Shown here piece after piece: positions 16,123-25,725 of a stretch of DNA of 60,147 bases (within the stretch, counting starts at the first letter, position 1; every line of letters begins with the position of its first letter). The notes under the pieces were generated by a model. That model did not search any database and was not told the DNA's origin. It worked only from the letters and a program-made list of their open reading frames with translations. The position numbers were made by a program, and so were the translations under genes. The stretch is from Bacillota bacterium (GTDB taxonomy: Bacteria; Bacillota; Dethiobacteria; DTU022; UBA8154). The stretch covers positions 1 to 60,147 of the forward strand of contig DUQX01000027.1 in assembly GCA_012837615.1 (NCBI GenBank), written 5' to 3'.

Positions 16123-16476
16123 ATGGGTACATATTTAACGGCCTTTATAGTTGGCGGTATCATCTGTGTTATCGGACAGCTATTATTTGATTTAACTCCG
16201 TTTACCCCGGGCCATATTTTAACCGGTTTTACCGTCGGTGGAGGAATCCTGGGGGGATTTGGCCTCTATGACCGTTTGATCTCTTTTGCCGGAGCGGGCG
16301 CGTTGCTGCCTATCTCCAGCTTTGGCAATTCCCTGGCAAAAGGCGCTATGTCGGAGGCAGCCCGTACGGGGATATTGGGAATTTTAACCGGCATGTTTGA
16401 ACTTACTTCTACAGGGATAACGTCCGCCATTCTTTTTGGTTTTATTATGGCTGTATTTTTTAAACCAAAAGGATAG
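16123..16476 (+). CDS. spoVAE: Stage V sporulation protein AE (AEB-type)
   Basis: 117-aa membrane protein: AFIVGGIICVIGQLL...GAGALLPISSFGNSL, a paralogue of SpoVAC. Confidence 0.85.
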   Translation: MGTYLTAFIVGGIICVIGQLLFDLTPFTPGHILTGFTVGGGILGGFGLYDRLISFAGAGALLPISSFGNSLAKGAMSEAARTGILGILTGMFELTSTGITSAILFGFIMAVFFKPKG

Positions 16477-16496
16477 AAAGAAGGATATTTACTGCC

Positions 16497-17972
16497 ATGT
16501 CACAGGATAAGACATTCGTATATCCAAAAATTGAGGATAACATTGAGCATCTCCGCAAAGAACTGGGGATAGGTGTTAGTTTTGACGTTCTGTTAAGAGA
16601 GTTTAAAATTGGCCGCAAAAAAGTGGCCTTTGTTTTTCTGGATAGTTTTTCCAACGGGGAAGTAATTATCTATATCATGCAAACCCTTTTGAGCGTAAAA
16701 CAGGAAGACATTGTGCCCAATCCCCTGGAAAAAATTACAGCCAAAATATTACCTTATGGAGAAATTACCTTTGTTGACAACCTTGAAGAAGCGGTCAATG
16801 AGGTGTTAGGCGGGCCGCTCATTTTTTTAATTGATGGTGAAAAGAAAATAATTATCTTAGATATCAGACAATACCCCGGTAGACAGCCTGATGAGCCCGA
16901 TATAGAAAAAATTACCCGCGGTTCAAGAGATGGTTTTGTTGAGACGATGCTGTTTAACGTTGCCTTGATCAGAAGAAGATTAAGGGATCCCAAACTGAGA
17001 GTTGAAGGCGTTACCATAGGCAGCAGATCTTTAACAGATATAGCGTTGATATATATTAAAGATATTATTAATCCCAATATACTGGAAGAAATCAGGGGTA
17101 GGCTGTTAAAAATAGATGTTGACGGCTTACCGATGGCGGAAAAAACAGTTGAAGAATTTATTACTGCGGATTTTTGGAACCCCTTTCCCAAAGTACGCTA
17201 CACAGAAAGACCGGATGTGGCTGCAGTTCATCTTCTGGAAGGGCATGTGTGTATCGTAGTCGACACCTCCCCTTCCGTGATGATCGCTCCTGTTACATAT
17301 TTCCACCATGTCCAGCACGCGGAGGAATTTCGGCATAACCCCATCGTAGGTGTTTATATACGCTGGGTTCGTCTGCTCGGCATTATTCTTTCGGTGCTTC
17401 TTGTCCCTGCCTGGCTTTTAATAGCAGATTACAGCCAGATGCTGCCTGAAAGTTTTCAATTTATCGGCCCTAAGGAGGAGTTCGCGTTACCTCTATTTAT
17501 ACAATTTATCCTCGCAAATATCGGACTTGACTTGCTGAGAATGGCCAGTATTCATACTCCGTCTCCGCTATCTACGGCACTGGGACTTGTCGGTGCCTTG
17601 CTCATCGGAGATATTGCCGTTACAGTAGGCATTTTTGTTCCCGAGGTATTGCTATACATAGGGCTGGTAGCGGTAGGTATCTTTTCTACTCCCAGTTGGG
17701 AGCTGGGGCTGGCAAACAGGCTGGTGAGCCTTCTGTTGTTGTTATTAACCGGCCTATTTCAAGCTTATGGTTTTGCCGCGGGATTATTAATTGTGTTTGT
17801 CAGGTTGGCTACTACGCGATCCTTCGGCATACCCTATCTGTGGCCCCTTTTGCCATTCGACGGCAAAGCTCTTTTTAGCGTATTGTTTCGAAAACCGGTA
17901 CCCATTAAAGGATTCAGGCCTTCTTTTCTAAAGACCCGTGATACCGATACTTCACCTCCTGGGGAAAAATGA
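16497..17972 (+). CDS. spoVAF: SpoVAF / GerA-family spore germination protein
   Basis: 491 aa with a GerA-type soluble N-domain (RGSRDGFVETMLFNVALIRRRLRD) plus C-terminal TM bundle. It occupies the last position in the spoVA cluster. Confidence 0.8.
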   Translation: MSQDKTFVYPKIEDNIEHLRKELGIGVSFDVLLREFKIGRKKVAFVFLDSFSNGEVIIYIMQTLLSVKQEDIVPNPLEKITAKILPYGEITFVDNLEEAVNEVLGGPLIFLIDGEKKIIILDIRQYPGRQPDEPDIEKITRGSRDGFVETMLFNVALIRRRLRDPKLRVEGVTIGSRSLTDIALIYIKDIINPNILEEIRGRLLKIDVDGLPMAEKTVEEFITADFWNPFPKVRYTERPDVAAVHLLEGHVCIVVDTSPSVMIAPVTYFHHVQHAEEFRHNPIVGVYIRWVRLLGIILSVLLVPAWLLIADYSQMLPESFQFIGPKEEFALPLFIQFILANIGLDLLRMASIHTPSPLSTALGLVGALLIGDIAVTVGIFVPEVLLYIGLVAVGIFSTPSWELGLANRLVSLLLLLLTGLFQAYGFAAGLLIVFVRLATTRSFGIPYLWPLLPFDGKALFSVLFRKPVPIKGFRPSFLKTRDTDTSPPGEK

Positions 17973-18000
17973 AAATAGCTCTTTAAGGCGAAATCGTTTT

Positions 18001-18107
18001 CTGGCAGAATTTACTTTATTTACCTGGGAATAGCCATTTAATGCCTGGGAATTACCATAATATAACTGGTAAATGGCAAATAATAACTGGAAATTACCTT
18101 AATATAC
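18001..18107 (+). repeat. Five phased direct repeats, CTGGNAAT-type, 21-bp period
   Basis: CTGG starts at 18001, 18024, 18045, 18066 and 18087. Units: ctgggaatagccatttaatgc / ctgggaattaccataatataa / ctggtaaatggcaaataataa / ctggaaattaccttaatatac. Confidence 0.8.
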
Positions 18108-18298
18108 CTTAAAATACATGTTTTTGCTATTTTTTACAAAAATACTCTACGCTAAGTAAACAGCACTTCTCCCGTTTTAGCGTTCTTTTGCTGCAATTAT
18201 GATTGTCTCTCATATTTTTTCTTTTGTTATTATATGGTATAATCAATTGATGCTTGGACAAGTAACCGGAGTAATTTTAAACAGAGGATTTTTATATA

Positions 18299-19618
18299 AT
18301 GACCAACCTCGCTCACCATATCAATAGTTCCCTTTCAAAAGAACTTCATGCGATGATTTATCTTTTGGGGTTTTTTGCCCAGAAAAAATCTTTTAAAGTA
18401 TATGCCGTAGGAGGCTTTGTCAGGGACCTTTTACTGGGTAAAGAAAACCGCGACCTGGATTTGGTTGTCGAGGGTTCTGCCGTAGATTTTGCCAAATATG
18501 TAGCAAAGAACCTGCCGGGGCAGCTCCAGTGCTTTGAAAGATTTGGAACAGCCAAGTTGAGTTTATCAAAGGGCATTGTATTTGATATGGTTACGGCAAG
18601 GCAAGAATTTTATGCTGGTCCCGGTGCACTACCGGACGTTGAGAGGTCTTCCCTGAAAAATGATCTTTATCGCAGAGATTTTACTATCAATACCATGGCC
18701 TGTGCTCTGAACCCTGAAAATTTTGGCCGTCTTTATGATTTTTTTGGAGGCCGAAAAGATTTAGAAAAAGGAATTATCAGGGTGCTGTATAAGCTTAGCT
18801 TTGTGGATGATCCTTTGAGAATTATTCGGGCCATTCGCTTTGAACAGCGATTTAATTTTATAATCGAGGAAGAAACGCTTACCATGCTGCGGAAAGCCAT
18901 AGGAAACAGGGTACTGGAAAAGGTCAGCAAAGAACGCCTTTACAACGAAATCCGGCTGATCTTTACAGAACCTTCTCCTCTAAAGGTCTTGATCCGGCTG
19001 AATGAGATGCAGCTGCTTAAGGTAATATTTCCGCGCCTGGAGTTTAACGAGAGGCTAAAGGAAAGGCTGCGGCGTTTGGAAAAGGGTATTACAGAACTGG
19101 TAGAAAGCGACCCCGAAGGAAAATGGAACTATTTTATTCTTTATCTCTCAGCTCTTTTCTATGATTTATCGGAACATGATACCGCTTACCTCTGTCATCT
19201 GATGCGCCTGAGAAGAAAGGAACGGCTTAGATTATTTGCCGTATTAAAGAAGACTCCGAAAGCCATACCAGAATTAAAAAAAGAATTCATCAGGCCTGCA
19301 CGCCTTTATTTTCTCCTTAATGAAATACCGCTGGAAGGGCTTCTGCTGATGACGGTTCTGGAAAAAAATGATCCGTACCTGCGGGAACATATCTCTTATT
19401 ATCGCAGGGAATTGGTTCACCGGCGGCTTCTAACGAATGGCGATGATCTGCTGGAGAAAGGGCTAACGCAGGGGCCCGTTTTTAACAGGGTTTTAAAAAG
19501 TCTTCACGAGGCTGTTCTTAACGGAAAAGTATCCGGAAAAGAAGAGGAACTAGAATACCTGTCCTATTTAATTAAAAAGAACAATATGTATCAAGAAACC
19601 GGGGAAGGAGAAAAATAA
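18299..19618 (+). CDS. CCA-adding enzyme / poly(A) polymerase family tRNA nucleotidyltransferase
   Basis: VYAVGGFVRDLLLGKENRDLDLVVEG and RRDFTINTMA head-domain motifs. An extended -10 element tatggtataat lies about 60 nt upstream. Confidence 0.75.
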   Translation: MTNLAHHINSSLSKELHAMIYLLGFFAQKKSFKVYAVGGFVRDLLLGKENRDLDLVVEGSAVDFAKYVAKNLPGQLQCFERFGTAKLSLSKGIVFDMVTARQEFYAGPGALPDVERSSLKNDLYRRDFTINTMACALNPENFGRLYDFFGGRKDLEKGIIRVLYKLSFVDDPLRIIRAIRFEQRFNFIIEEETLTMLRKAIGNRVLEKVSKERLYNEIRLIFTEPSPLKVLIRLNEMQLLKVIFPRLEFNERLKERLRRLEKGITELVESDPEGKWNYFILYLSALFYDLSEHDTAYLCHLMRLRRKERLRLFAVLKKTPKAIPELKKEFIRPARLYFLLNEIPLEGLLLMTVLEKNDPYLREHISYYRRELVHRRLLTNGDDLLEKGLTQGPVFNRVLKSLHEAVLNGKVSGKEEELEYLSYLIKKNNMYQETGEGEK

Positions 19619-19624
19619 AAAATA

Positions 19625-20275
19625 ATGATTTCACTACCAACCGATCTGCTGGGCCGCATACCGGCTTTACTTATTGCCATAACCTTTCATGAATATGCCC
19701 ATGCCAGGATGGCATATTTCTGGGGTGATCCAACAGCCAAGCTTCAGGGCAGACTTTCCCTAAATCCCATAGCCCACCTTGATCCTATTGGACTGCTCAT
19801 GCTCGTTATTGTGCGCTTCGGCTGGGCAAGGCCGGTTCCCATTAATCCTTTTAATTTCAGGGATCGCAGAAAAGGCCTTTTCTGGGTATCGTTTGCCGGC
19901 CCAGGTATGAATCTGATTCTGGGCTTTCTGGCAACATTTTTCTATGTTATTTTTAAAATAACAACGTATAAGATTTATGGGAGCAGCCTGTACGGCATTG
20001 TAGGCAGCATACTGTATAATCTGGTCATCTATAATGTCTTTCTTGCGATTTTTAATATGATACCGCTGCCGCCTCTCGATGGTTCAAAAATACTGTCAAC
20101 CATGTTGAGGGGAAGAAATTTACAAGTTTATCAGCAAATCGAACCATACGGACCATTCCTGCTTATTTTATTGCTTGTATTTGGCGGGTTAGGTCATATT
20201 TTAGGCCCTATCGCTTTTTTTATCATTAATATTTATGAAACAATTGTATCTATTGTGGTAACTCCATTTTTATAA
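19625..20275 (+). CDS. Site-2 protease family (peptidase M50) membrane metalloprotease
   Basis: HEYAHA (HExxH) in the first TM region and NMIPLPPLDGSK (LDG motif). Confidence 0.75.
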   Translation: MISLPTDLLGRIPALLIAITFHEYAHARMAYFWGDPTAKLQGRLSLNPIAHLDPIGLLMLVIVRFGWARPVPINPFNFRDRRKGLFWVSFAGPGMNLILGFLATFFYVIFKITTYKIYGSSLYGIVGSILYNLVIYNVFLAIFNMIPLPPLDGSKILSTMLRGRNLQVYQQIEPYGPFLLILLLVFGGLGHILGPIAFFIINIYETIVSIVVTPFL

Positions 20276-20310
20276 CAGAAAAAGATTATTATTGAAGGGA
20301 TTGATATGAC

Positions 20311-21300
20311 TTGCAGCAAAAAAAGGGGACAATCTTTAGCGGGATGAGGCCCACAGGGAAACTTCACCTGGGTAATTTGTTCGGTGCCCTGGAAAATTGG
20401 GCTAAGCTTCAGGATGAGTATCGCTGTTTTTTTTCTGTAGTTGACTGGCATGCTTTGACAACGGCCTACGAGGATCCGGCTGAGATCAGCGAAAATGTTA
20501 AAGAGATGGTTATTGACTGGTTGAGCTGCGGGATAGATCCCGAAAAGTCGATTATCTTCAGGCAATCCGACGTTAAAGAACATGCGGAACTACACCTGTT
20601 GCTTTCCATGATAACTCCATTGTCCTGGCTTGAACGCGTTCCCACTTACAAAGAGCAGCTAAAGCAGATCGAGGGGCGCAATCTGGCCACCTATGGTTTT
20701 TTAGGATACCCCCTTTTACAAGCAGCGGATATTCTTCTTTATAAAGCAGACGCCGTTCCTGTAGGTGAGGATCAAGCTCCGCATATTGAGTTTACCAGGG
20801 AAGTTGCGAGGAGGGCAAACTACCTGTATAAAAAAACTATCTTTCCCGAACCTGCTACCATATTAAACGAATATAAGGTGGTGCCGGGCCTTGACAACCG
20901 CAAAATGAGCAAAAGTTATGATAACGTCATCGAAATATCTATCGCTCCGGAAAAAATTTCGGAAAAAGTGCGCCTGATGATCACCGATCCCGGCCGCATC
21001 AGAAAGAACGACCCGGGTAATCCGCAGATATGCAGCATTTATGCCTTTCACCACATTTTTAATGCCGCCGAACTTTCCGGTATTGAAGAATCGTGCAGGG
21101 CAGGGGCGATAGGATGTGTAGAATGTAAAAAAGTCCTTTCCAGCAGGATGCAAGAGTTTTTGGAACCTATTTATGCCCGGCGCAAGAAGCTGGAAAACAG
21201 CCCCAAAATAATTGATGAAATACTGGAAGAAGGTAGAAAAAAAGCGGTAAAGGTTGCTCGTAAAACCATGGAAGAATTCCGGTCCTTAATGGGAGTCTAA
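20311..21300 (+). CDS. trpS: Tryptophan--tRNA ligase
   Basis: SGMRPTGKLHLGN (HIGH-type) and KMSKS motifs. TTG start. No T-box leader is present (36-nt gap). Confidence 0.9.
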   Translation: MQQKKGTIFSGMRPTGKLHLGNLFGALENWAKLQDEYRCFFSVVDWHALTTAYEDPAEISENVKEMVIDWLSCGIDPEKSIIFRQSDVKEHAELHLLLSMITPLSWLERVPTYKEQLKQIEGRNLATYGFLGYPLLQAADILLYKADAVPVGEDQAPHIEFTREVARRANYLYKKTIFPEPATILNEYKVVPGLDNRKMSKSYDNVIEISIAPEKISEKVRLMITDPGRIRKNDPGNPQICSIYAFHHIFNAAELSGIEESCRAGAIGCVECKKVLSSRMQEFLEPIYARRKKLENSPKIIDEILEEGRKKAVKVARKTMEEFRSLMGV

Positions 21301-21328
21301 TGTGCACATGGAGGCATAACGATAAGGC

Positions 21329-22111
21329 ATGAGGACGTTAAAAAGCCCCAAACAAAAACATGATGAAAGCCGTTACTACGTTAAACTTCCCGCTTTTGAG
21401 GGCCCCTTTGATCTTCTCTTTCACCTCATAAATAAAGAGGAGGTAGATATATGGGATATTCCCTTGAGCAGAATTACGGAGCAGTATCTCGAATACCTGC
21501 ATTCATTGCAAGAATTAAATACGGATCGGGCGGGGGACTTTTTAGTAATGGCCGCCTCCCTTTTGCACCTGAAATCGCGCATGCTGCTGCCGCAGGCTCC
21601 TTCCCTTCTTATAGAAAGAGAGGAAGAAGCTCTTTTTTTTGGCTCTAAAGAGGAGCTTGTACGCCGCCTGCTGGAATATAAACTTTACAAATCAATGGCT
21701 GTTCAGCTTAAAAAAAGGGAGGAACAGCAGAAAAAAATTTTTCTGCGGCTACCGGAAACGCGGAAAATTTATTTCGTTAACAAGCAGTTGAATTTTTATG
21801 GTTATGATCTGAGCCTTCTGCAACATGCTTTACTAAATATCGAGAAAAAGAAAAACAAAAATAGATTTAAACAAACAAATATAAGGCTGCCGGAAGGAAT
21901 ATCTTTTTCAAAAAAAATCCAACATATCATAACCAGATTAAAAAGGAATACCGCGCGCTTATATTATTACCTGGAAGATTTCCTTCTCAAGAGAGAGAAA
22001 AGGGAGACAGTCCTAACTTTCTTTGCTCTTTTGGAGCTGGCAAAACGTGGAAGCATCTCTCTTCGCCAGGAGAAAAATACCGATAGAATCCAAGTGCTAA
22101 AAAAAATATAG
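21329..22111 (+). CDS. scpA: Segregation and condensation protein A
   Basis: KLPAFEGPFDLLFHLINKEEVDIWDIPLSRITEQYLEYL is the ScpA N-terminal signature. Confidence 0.85.
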   Translation: MRTLKSPKQKHDESRYYVKLPAFEGPFDLLFHLINKEEVDIWDIPLSRITEQYLEYLHSLQELNTDRAGDFLVMAASLLHLKSRMLLPQAPSLLIEREEEALFFGSKEELVRRLLEYKLYKSMAVQLKKREEQQKKIFLRLPETRKIYFVNKQLNFYGYDLSLLQHALLNIEKKKNKNRFKQTNIRLPEGISFSKKIQHIITRLKRNTARLYYYLEDFLLKREKRETVLTFFALLELAKRGSISLRQEKNTDRIQVLKKI

Positions 22112-22172
22112 ATGCTTTAAATAAAACGTACCTTTGCTTTCCTTTAAGAACTGGCTTGAAAGGAGGTATACG

Positions 22173-22718
22173 ATGCAGGACAACGGGGCGGGACAAACTA
22201 CAACTGTAACGACTACGGCTATCATAGAAGCTGCTCTTTTTTTAAGCCATGAGCCTTTATCTCTTGAAAAATTGAGGCAAATCTGTGGAGCCTCTCTCAA
22301 AAAAGTAAAGGATTCCCTGCAAGAAATTAGGGCAGATCTATCAAGAAACGAAAGGGGGCTTGTTCTTCTGGAGACATTAAAAGGCTTCCAGCTGGGAACC
22401 AAACCGGAAACAGCGACTTATCTAGAAAAAATGTTTACCGAAGACCAGATCAACACCCCTCTGTCTCAAGCGGCACTGGAAACCCTTGCTATTATCGCTT
22501 CCAAACAGCCGGTCACCAGAATAGAAATTGAAAATATTCGCGGCGTTAATACTGAGGGGGTTATTGAAAATCTATTAAAAAGAGGCCTGATCAGAATAGC
22601 AGGCCGCAAAGAAGGGTTAGGAAGGCCCCTTCTTTATGAGGTAACTGATGAATTCTTGCTATATTTTGGCATAAAGGATCTCGCTGAATTAGAAATATTA
22701 AAAGGCCTGGATACTTAA
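22173..22718 (+). CDS. scpB: Segregation and condensation protein B
   Basis: IIEAALFLSHEPLSLEKL...LSQAALETLAIIASKQPVTRIEIENIRGV. ATG 22173 follows SD aaggagg. Confidence 0.85.
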   Translation: MQDNGAGQTTTVTTTAIIEAALFLSHEPLSLEKLRQICGASLKKVKDSLQEIRADLSRNERGLVLLETLKGFQLGTKPETATYLEKMFTEDQINTPLSQAALETLAIIASKQPVTRIEIENIRGVNTEGVIENLLKRGLIRIAGRKEGLGRPLLYEVTDEFLLYFGIKDLAELEILKGLDT

Positions 22719-22779
22719 TACTTATTATCCTGAAATTGGAGAAACTAATAAGAAGACTTTTTTAAAAGCAGGTGTATTC

Positions 22780-23469
22780 ATGTTATCGGCAAAGTCTTTT
22801 TATTTTTGGTTTCTCCTTTTATTATTACTCATTATTCTCCTGTTGTTGCCTTTAACAATACGAATATCAATTAATAATTTGCGGAAAGCTAATAGCGTAT
22901 CTTTTGAACTATTTATTTTATTATCGAAGAGGTTCCAACTTTTTGCTTATAAAAAGGCTCTATTTTCTTTAAATAAAAATGAAGGGACCCATGTAATCTC
23001 CTTTTTTCGATCGCTTCTAGGGGGAAAACAAAGTTGGAAAGAGCCGCGCGAAATAAGAACAATAAAGCACTTATTATTCATATACCGTTTGATCTCTTCT
23101 TTTGGCTGTGAAAGGCTGGATTTGTACATCAAATTGGGGACCGGCGATCCATCCTTGACCGGGATAATAACCGGTTTCCTGCGTTCTTTTTTCGGTATAA
23201 TCTCTTTGCTTATTGCTAACAATTTGGGAGTTCGTCAAAGGCCGGGCTTTTTTGTTTATCCGTCTTTTTTTCAAAAAGAGCTCAGGTTTTTTTTCCGTGC
23301 AGAGTTTGGTTTAAACGGGCTGAGGATTATGCATTACTTAATGCAGCTTTTTTGGGAAATAGCGGTTGCCATGAATTTAAAAAAATTATGGAGGTGTTTA
23401 AAATATGGGCGAACATCCTATTCAGGGTTTAATGATTACGGCGATGGAAAACTTAAAAGAGATGGTTGA
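22780..23469 (+). CDS. DUF2953 / YtfI-like sporulation membrane protein
   Basis: N-terminal poly-Leu TM helix. It sits immediately upstream of ytfJ, as ytfI does in Bacillus. The call rests on weak similarity only. Its 3' end overlaps ytfJ by 65 nt. Confidence 0.45.
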   Translation: MLSAKSFYFWFLLLLLLIILLLLPLTIRISINNLRKANSVSFELFILLSKRFQLFAYKKALFSLNKNEGTHVISFFRSLLGGKQSWKEPREIRTIKHLLFIYRLISSFGCERLDLYIKLGTGDPSLTGIITGFLRSFFGIISLLIANNLGVRQRPGFFVYPSFFQKELRFFFRAEFGLNGLRIMHYLMQLFWEIAVAMNLKKLWRCLKYGRTSYSGFNDYGDGKLKRDG

Positions 23470-23851
23470 CGTAAATAAAATAGTTGGCAGCGCCGTAGAA
23501 ACACCTGACGGACATGTTATTATTCCGGTATCCAGAGTAACATTTGGATTTGTTGCAGGAGGGACAGAGTTTGACGCAATGGAAGAGCAGCAAAAGGCGG
23601 CTGCTCAGAATCAAAATCAGAATCAAAACCAGGGCGATAATTTTCCTTTTGGCGGGGGAAGCGGTGGCGGGGTCTCAATCCAGCCGATAGCTTTTTTAGT
23701 CGTGGGTCCAGGTGAAGTCAGGCTTTTACCCGTTGATCGAAACGCAGTTCTTGACAGGCTAGTCGATCTGGCACCCCAGCTGTTCCAGCATATTGAAGAT
23801 ATATTAAAACCGGACAGATCCAAAAAGCAATATCCCCAAACTATGATATAG
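23405..23851 (+). CDS. ytfJ: GerW/YtfJ family sporulation protein
   Basis: HPIQGLMITAMENLKEMVDVNKIVGSAVETPDGHVIIPVSRVTFGFVAGG and GGGVSIQPIAFLVV match the family. It contains a QNQNQNQNQ insert. Confidence 0.8.
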   Translation: MGEHPIQGLMITAMENLKEMVDVNKIVGSAVETPDGHVIIPVSRVTFGFVAGGTEFDAMEEQQKAAAQNQNQNQNQGDNFPFGGGSGGGVSIQPIAFLVVGPGEVRLLPVDRNAVLDRLVDLAPQLFQHIEDILKPDRSKKQYPQTMI

Positions 23852-23943
23852 ATGATGAATTATTATCCCAGGTAAAGAATAAATATAGCTAGAGGGCCCT
23901 TCAGGTTTGTTGTTAACTATGAAAGTAGACAAAGGGAGAAGAA

Positions 23944-25086
23944 ATGGCCAGAAAGGTTTTTTTTGTCTTTTTCATTATATGCTTGTTGCCTGCGAATATT
24001 TCGTTCTCTGCATCAGCTGTAAGGCCTCTCCCGGCCGCACCACAACCGGAAATATCTGCAGAAGCCGCTGTTTTACTTGACTGGAACAGCGGAAGAATCC
24101 TCTATGCCAGAAACCCGCATTTACCCAAGCATATGGCCAGCACTACAAAAATTATGACAGCTATCATTGCTCTGGAGAGGGGCAATATGGACGAAGAGGT
24201 CATTACCAGTCCCAGAGCGGCAAATACAGGGGGATCATCGATCTGGTTGGAGGAAGGGGAAGTAAAAACTCTGCAGGAACTATTATTTGGCCTGATGCTG
24301 CGTTCCGGCAACGATGCAGCGGTAGCAATTGCCGAACATATAGCCGGAGACCTGGAATCTTTTGCTGAATTGATGACGAAAAGGGCAAGAGAGCTGGGCG
24401 CAAAAAATTCTTCGTTTCGCAATCCTCATGGTTTGCACGATCCCAAGCACTATACCACCGCTTACGATCTGGCACTTATTTCCTCGCATGCCATGGGTTT
24501 AAAAGAGTTTAGAAACATTATTTCCACCCCAAGTGTAACGATATCCTGGCCTGGGCATCCCTGGTCCCGCTATCTGTATAATCAGAATAAACTCTTCGAC
24601 CTTTATGAAGGTGCGGAAGGAATTAAAACCGGCTGGACTACCCCGGCAGGGCGATGCTTTGTGGGGGCAGCTGAACGAGGAGGGCGCAGGCTTATCTCCG
24701 TAGTATTAAATGCTCCGCAGATGTGGGAGGATACCATCTCTTTACTCGACTACGGCTATAATTGCTTTTCTAATGTCAACCTGGTTAAGGAAGGTCAGTA
24801 TTTAAAATCGGTAGCGGTTGCCGGCGGAGCTACCCAAAAAGTAGAAGCAGTTGCCGGCGGTAAATATTTTTACCCATTGCAACCATTGGAGGAAGATAAG
24901 ATAACGTACCGCTTTGTTTTAAACGAGCCTTTAAAAGCTCCTTTGAAAAAAGGTGAAAGGATCGGAGAGCTAGAGGTTTACTTTGAGCAAGAGCTAACGG
25001 GAGTAGTCGACCTGCTGGCCGGCAGTGAAGTTCCCAAAATAAGCCTCTGGAGACAACTTATTAGCTTCTTGGGGAAGGGAGAATGA
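23944..25086 (+). CDS. dacB: D-alanyl-D-alanine carboxypeptidase, dacB-like (upstream of spmA/spmB)
   Basis: Signal peptide, then STTKIMT (SxxK), SGNDAA (SxN) and KTGWT (KTG). The dacB-spmA-spmB order is conserved. Confidence 0.85.
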   Translation: MARKVFFVFFIICLLPANISFSASAVRPLPAAPQPEISAEAAVLLDWNSGRILYARNPHLPKHMASTTKIMTAIIALERGNMDEEVITSPRAANTGGSSIWLEEGEVKTLQELLFGLMLRSGNDAAVAIAEHIAGDLESFAELMTKRARELGAKNSSFRNPHGLHDPKHYTTAYDLALISSHAMGLKEFRNIISTPSVTISWPGHPWSRYLYNQNKLFDLYEGAEGIKTGWTTPAGRCFVGAAERGGRRLISVVLNAPQMWEDTISLLDYGYNCFSNVNLVKEGQYLKSVAVAGGATQKVEAVAGGKYFYPLQPLEEDKITYRFVLNEPLKAPLKKGERIGELEVYFEQELTGVVDLLAGSEVPKISLWRQLISFLGKGE

Positions 25087-25087
25087 T

Positions 25088-25717
25088 GTGGTAAATCTAC
25101 TGTGGGCAGGAATAATCGTCATAGCTATTGTAATTGCCGGAATAAACGGAAAGGTTAATACAATCACCCCCATAATTTTTAGCTCAGCGGAAAATGCTGT
25201 GAATATTTCTTTGAGCATGATCAGCATTATGGCCTTCTGGCTGGGCATTATGAAAATCATTGAAAAATCCGGTTTTATTCATCTGGTTATCTTTTTTTTA
25301 AAACCGCTGGCTTATTGGTTATTTCCGGGTATTCCGCGCAATCACAGGGCCATGAACTCCATGTTGATGAATATGAGCGCTAACTTGTTGGGTATGGGGA
25401 ATGCTGCTACGCCATTCGGCATCAAGGCGATGGAACAAATGCAGCAGTTAAACCCGGATCGCGACACCGCTACGGATAATATGTGTACTTTTCTAGCTAT
25501 AAATACCTCCAGCCTTACTTTGATTCCTACTACTGTCATCGCCATCAGAGCTGCAACAGGTGCACAAAACCCAACGGATATTGTGGGGACTACTATTATT
25601 GCGAGCCTGTGTTCTATAACGGTAGCTATCCTCGCCGACAGGCTGTTCCGTTATTACTTCGGGAAAAAGAATCAGCGGTTATCCTTTAATAATAAAAAAA
25701 TATCGTCTAAGAGATAG
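25088..25717 (+). CDS. spmA: Spore maturation protein A
   Basis: Nucleoside-recognition/Gate-domain membrane protein. VNLLWAGIIVIAIV N-terminus. GTG start 2 nt after the dacB stop. Confidence 0.8.
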   Translation: MVNLLWAGIIVIAIVIAGINGKVNTITPIIFSSAENAVNISLSMISIMAFWLGIMKIIEKSGFIHLVIFFLKPLAYWLFPGIPRNHRAMNSMLMNMSANLLGMGNAATPFGIKAMEQMQQLNPDRDTATDNMCTFLAINTSSLTLIPTTVIAIRAATGAQNPTDIVGTTIIASLCSITVAILADRLFRYYFGKKNQRLSFNNKKISSKR

Positions 25718-25725
25718 GTTATCAT

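Noticed and set aside
18001-18107. Possible CRISPR array.
   Set aside because: The 21-bp units are contiguous with no spacers, are degenerate, and no cas genes are nearby. It is treated as a phased direct-repeat array.
21451-21648. Many short same-strand alternative-frame ORFs (60-90 aa) nested in annotated genes throughout the track.
   Set aside because: They lie entirely within longer ORFs that carry recognisable family motifs, and have no SDs or conserved features.
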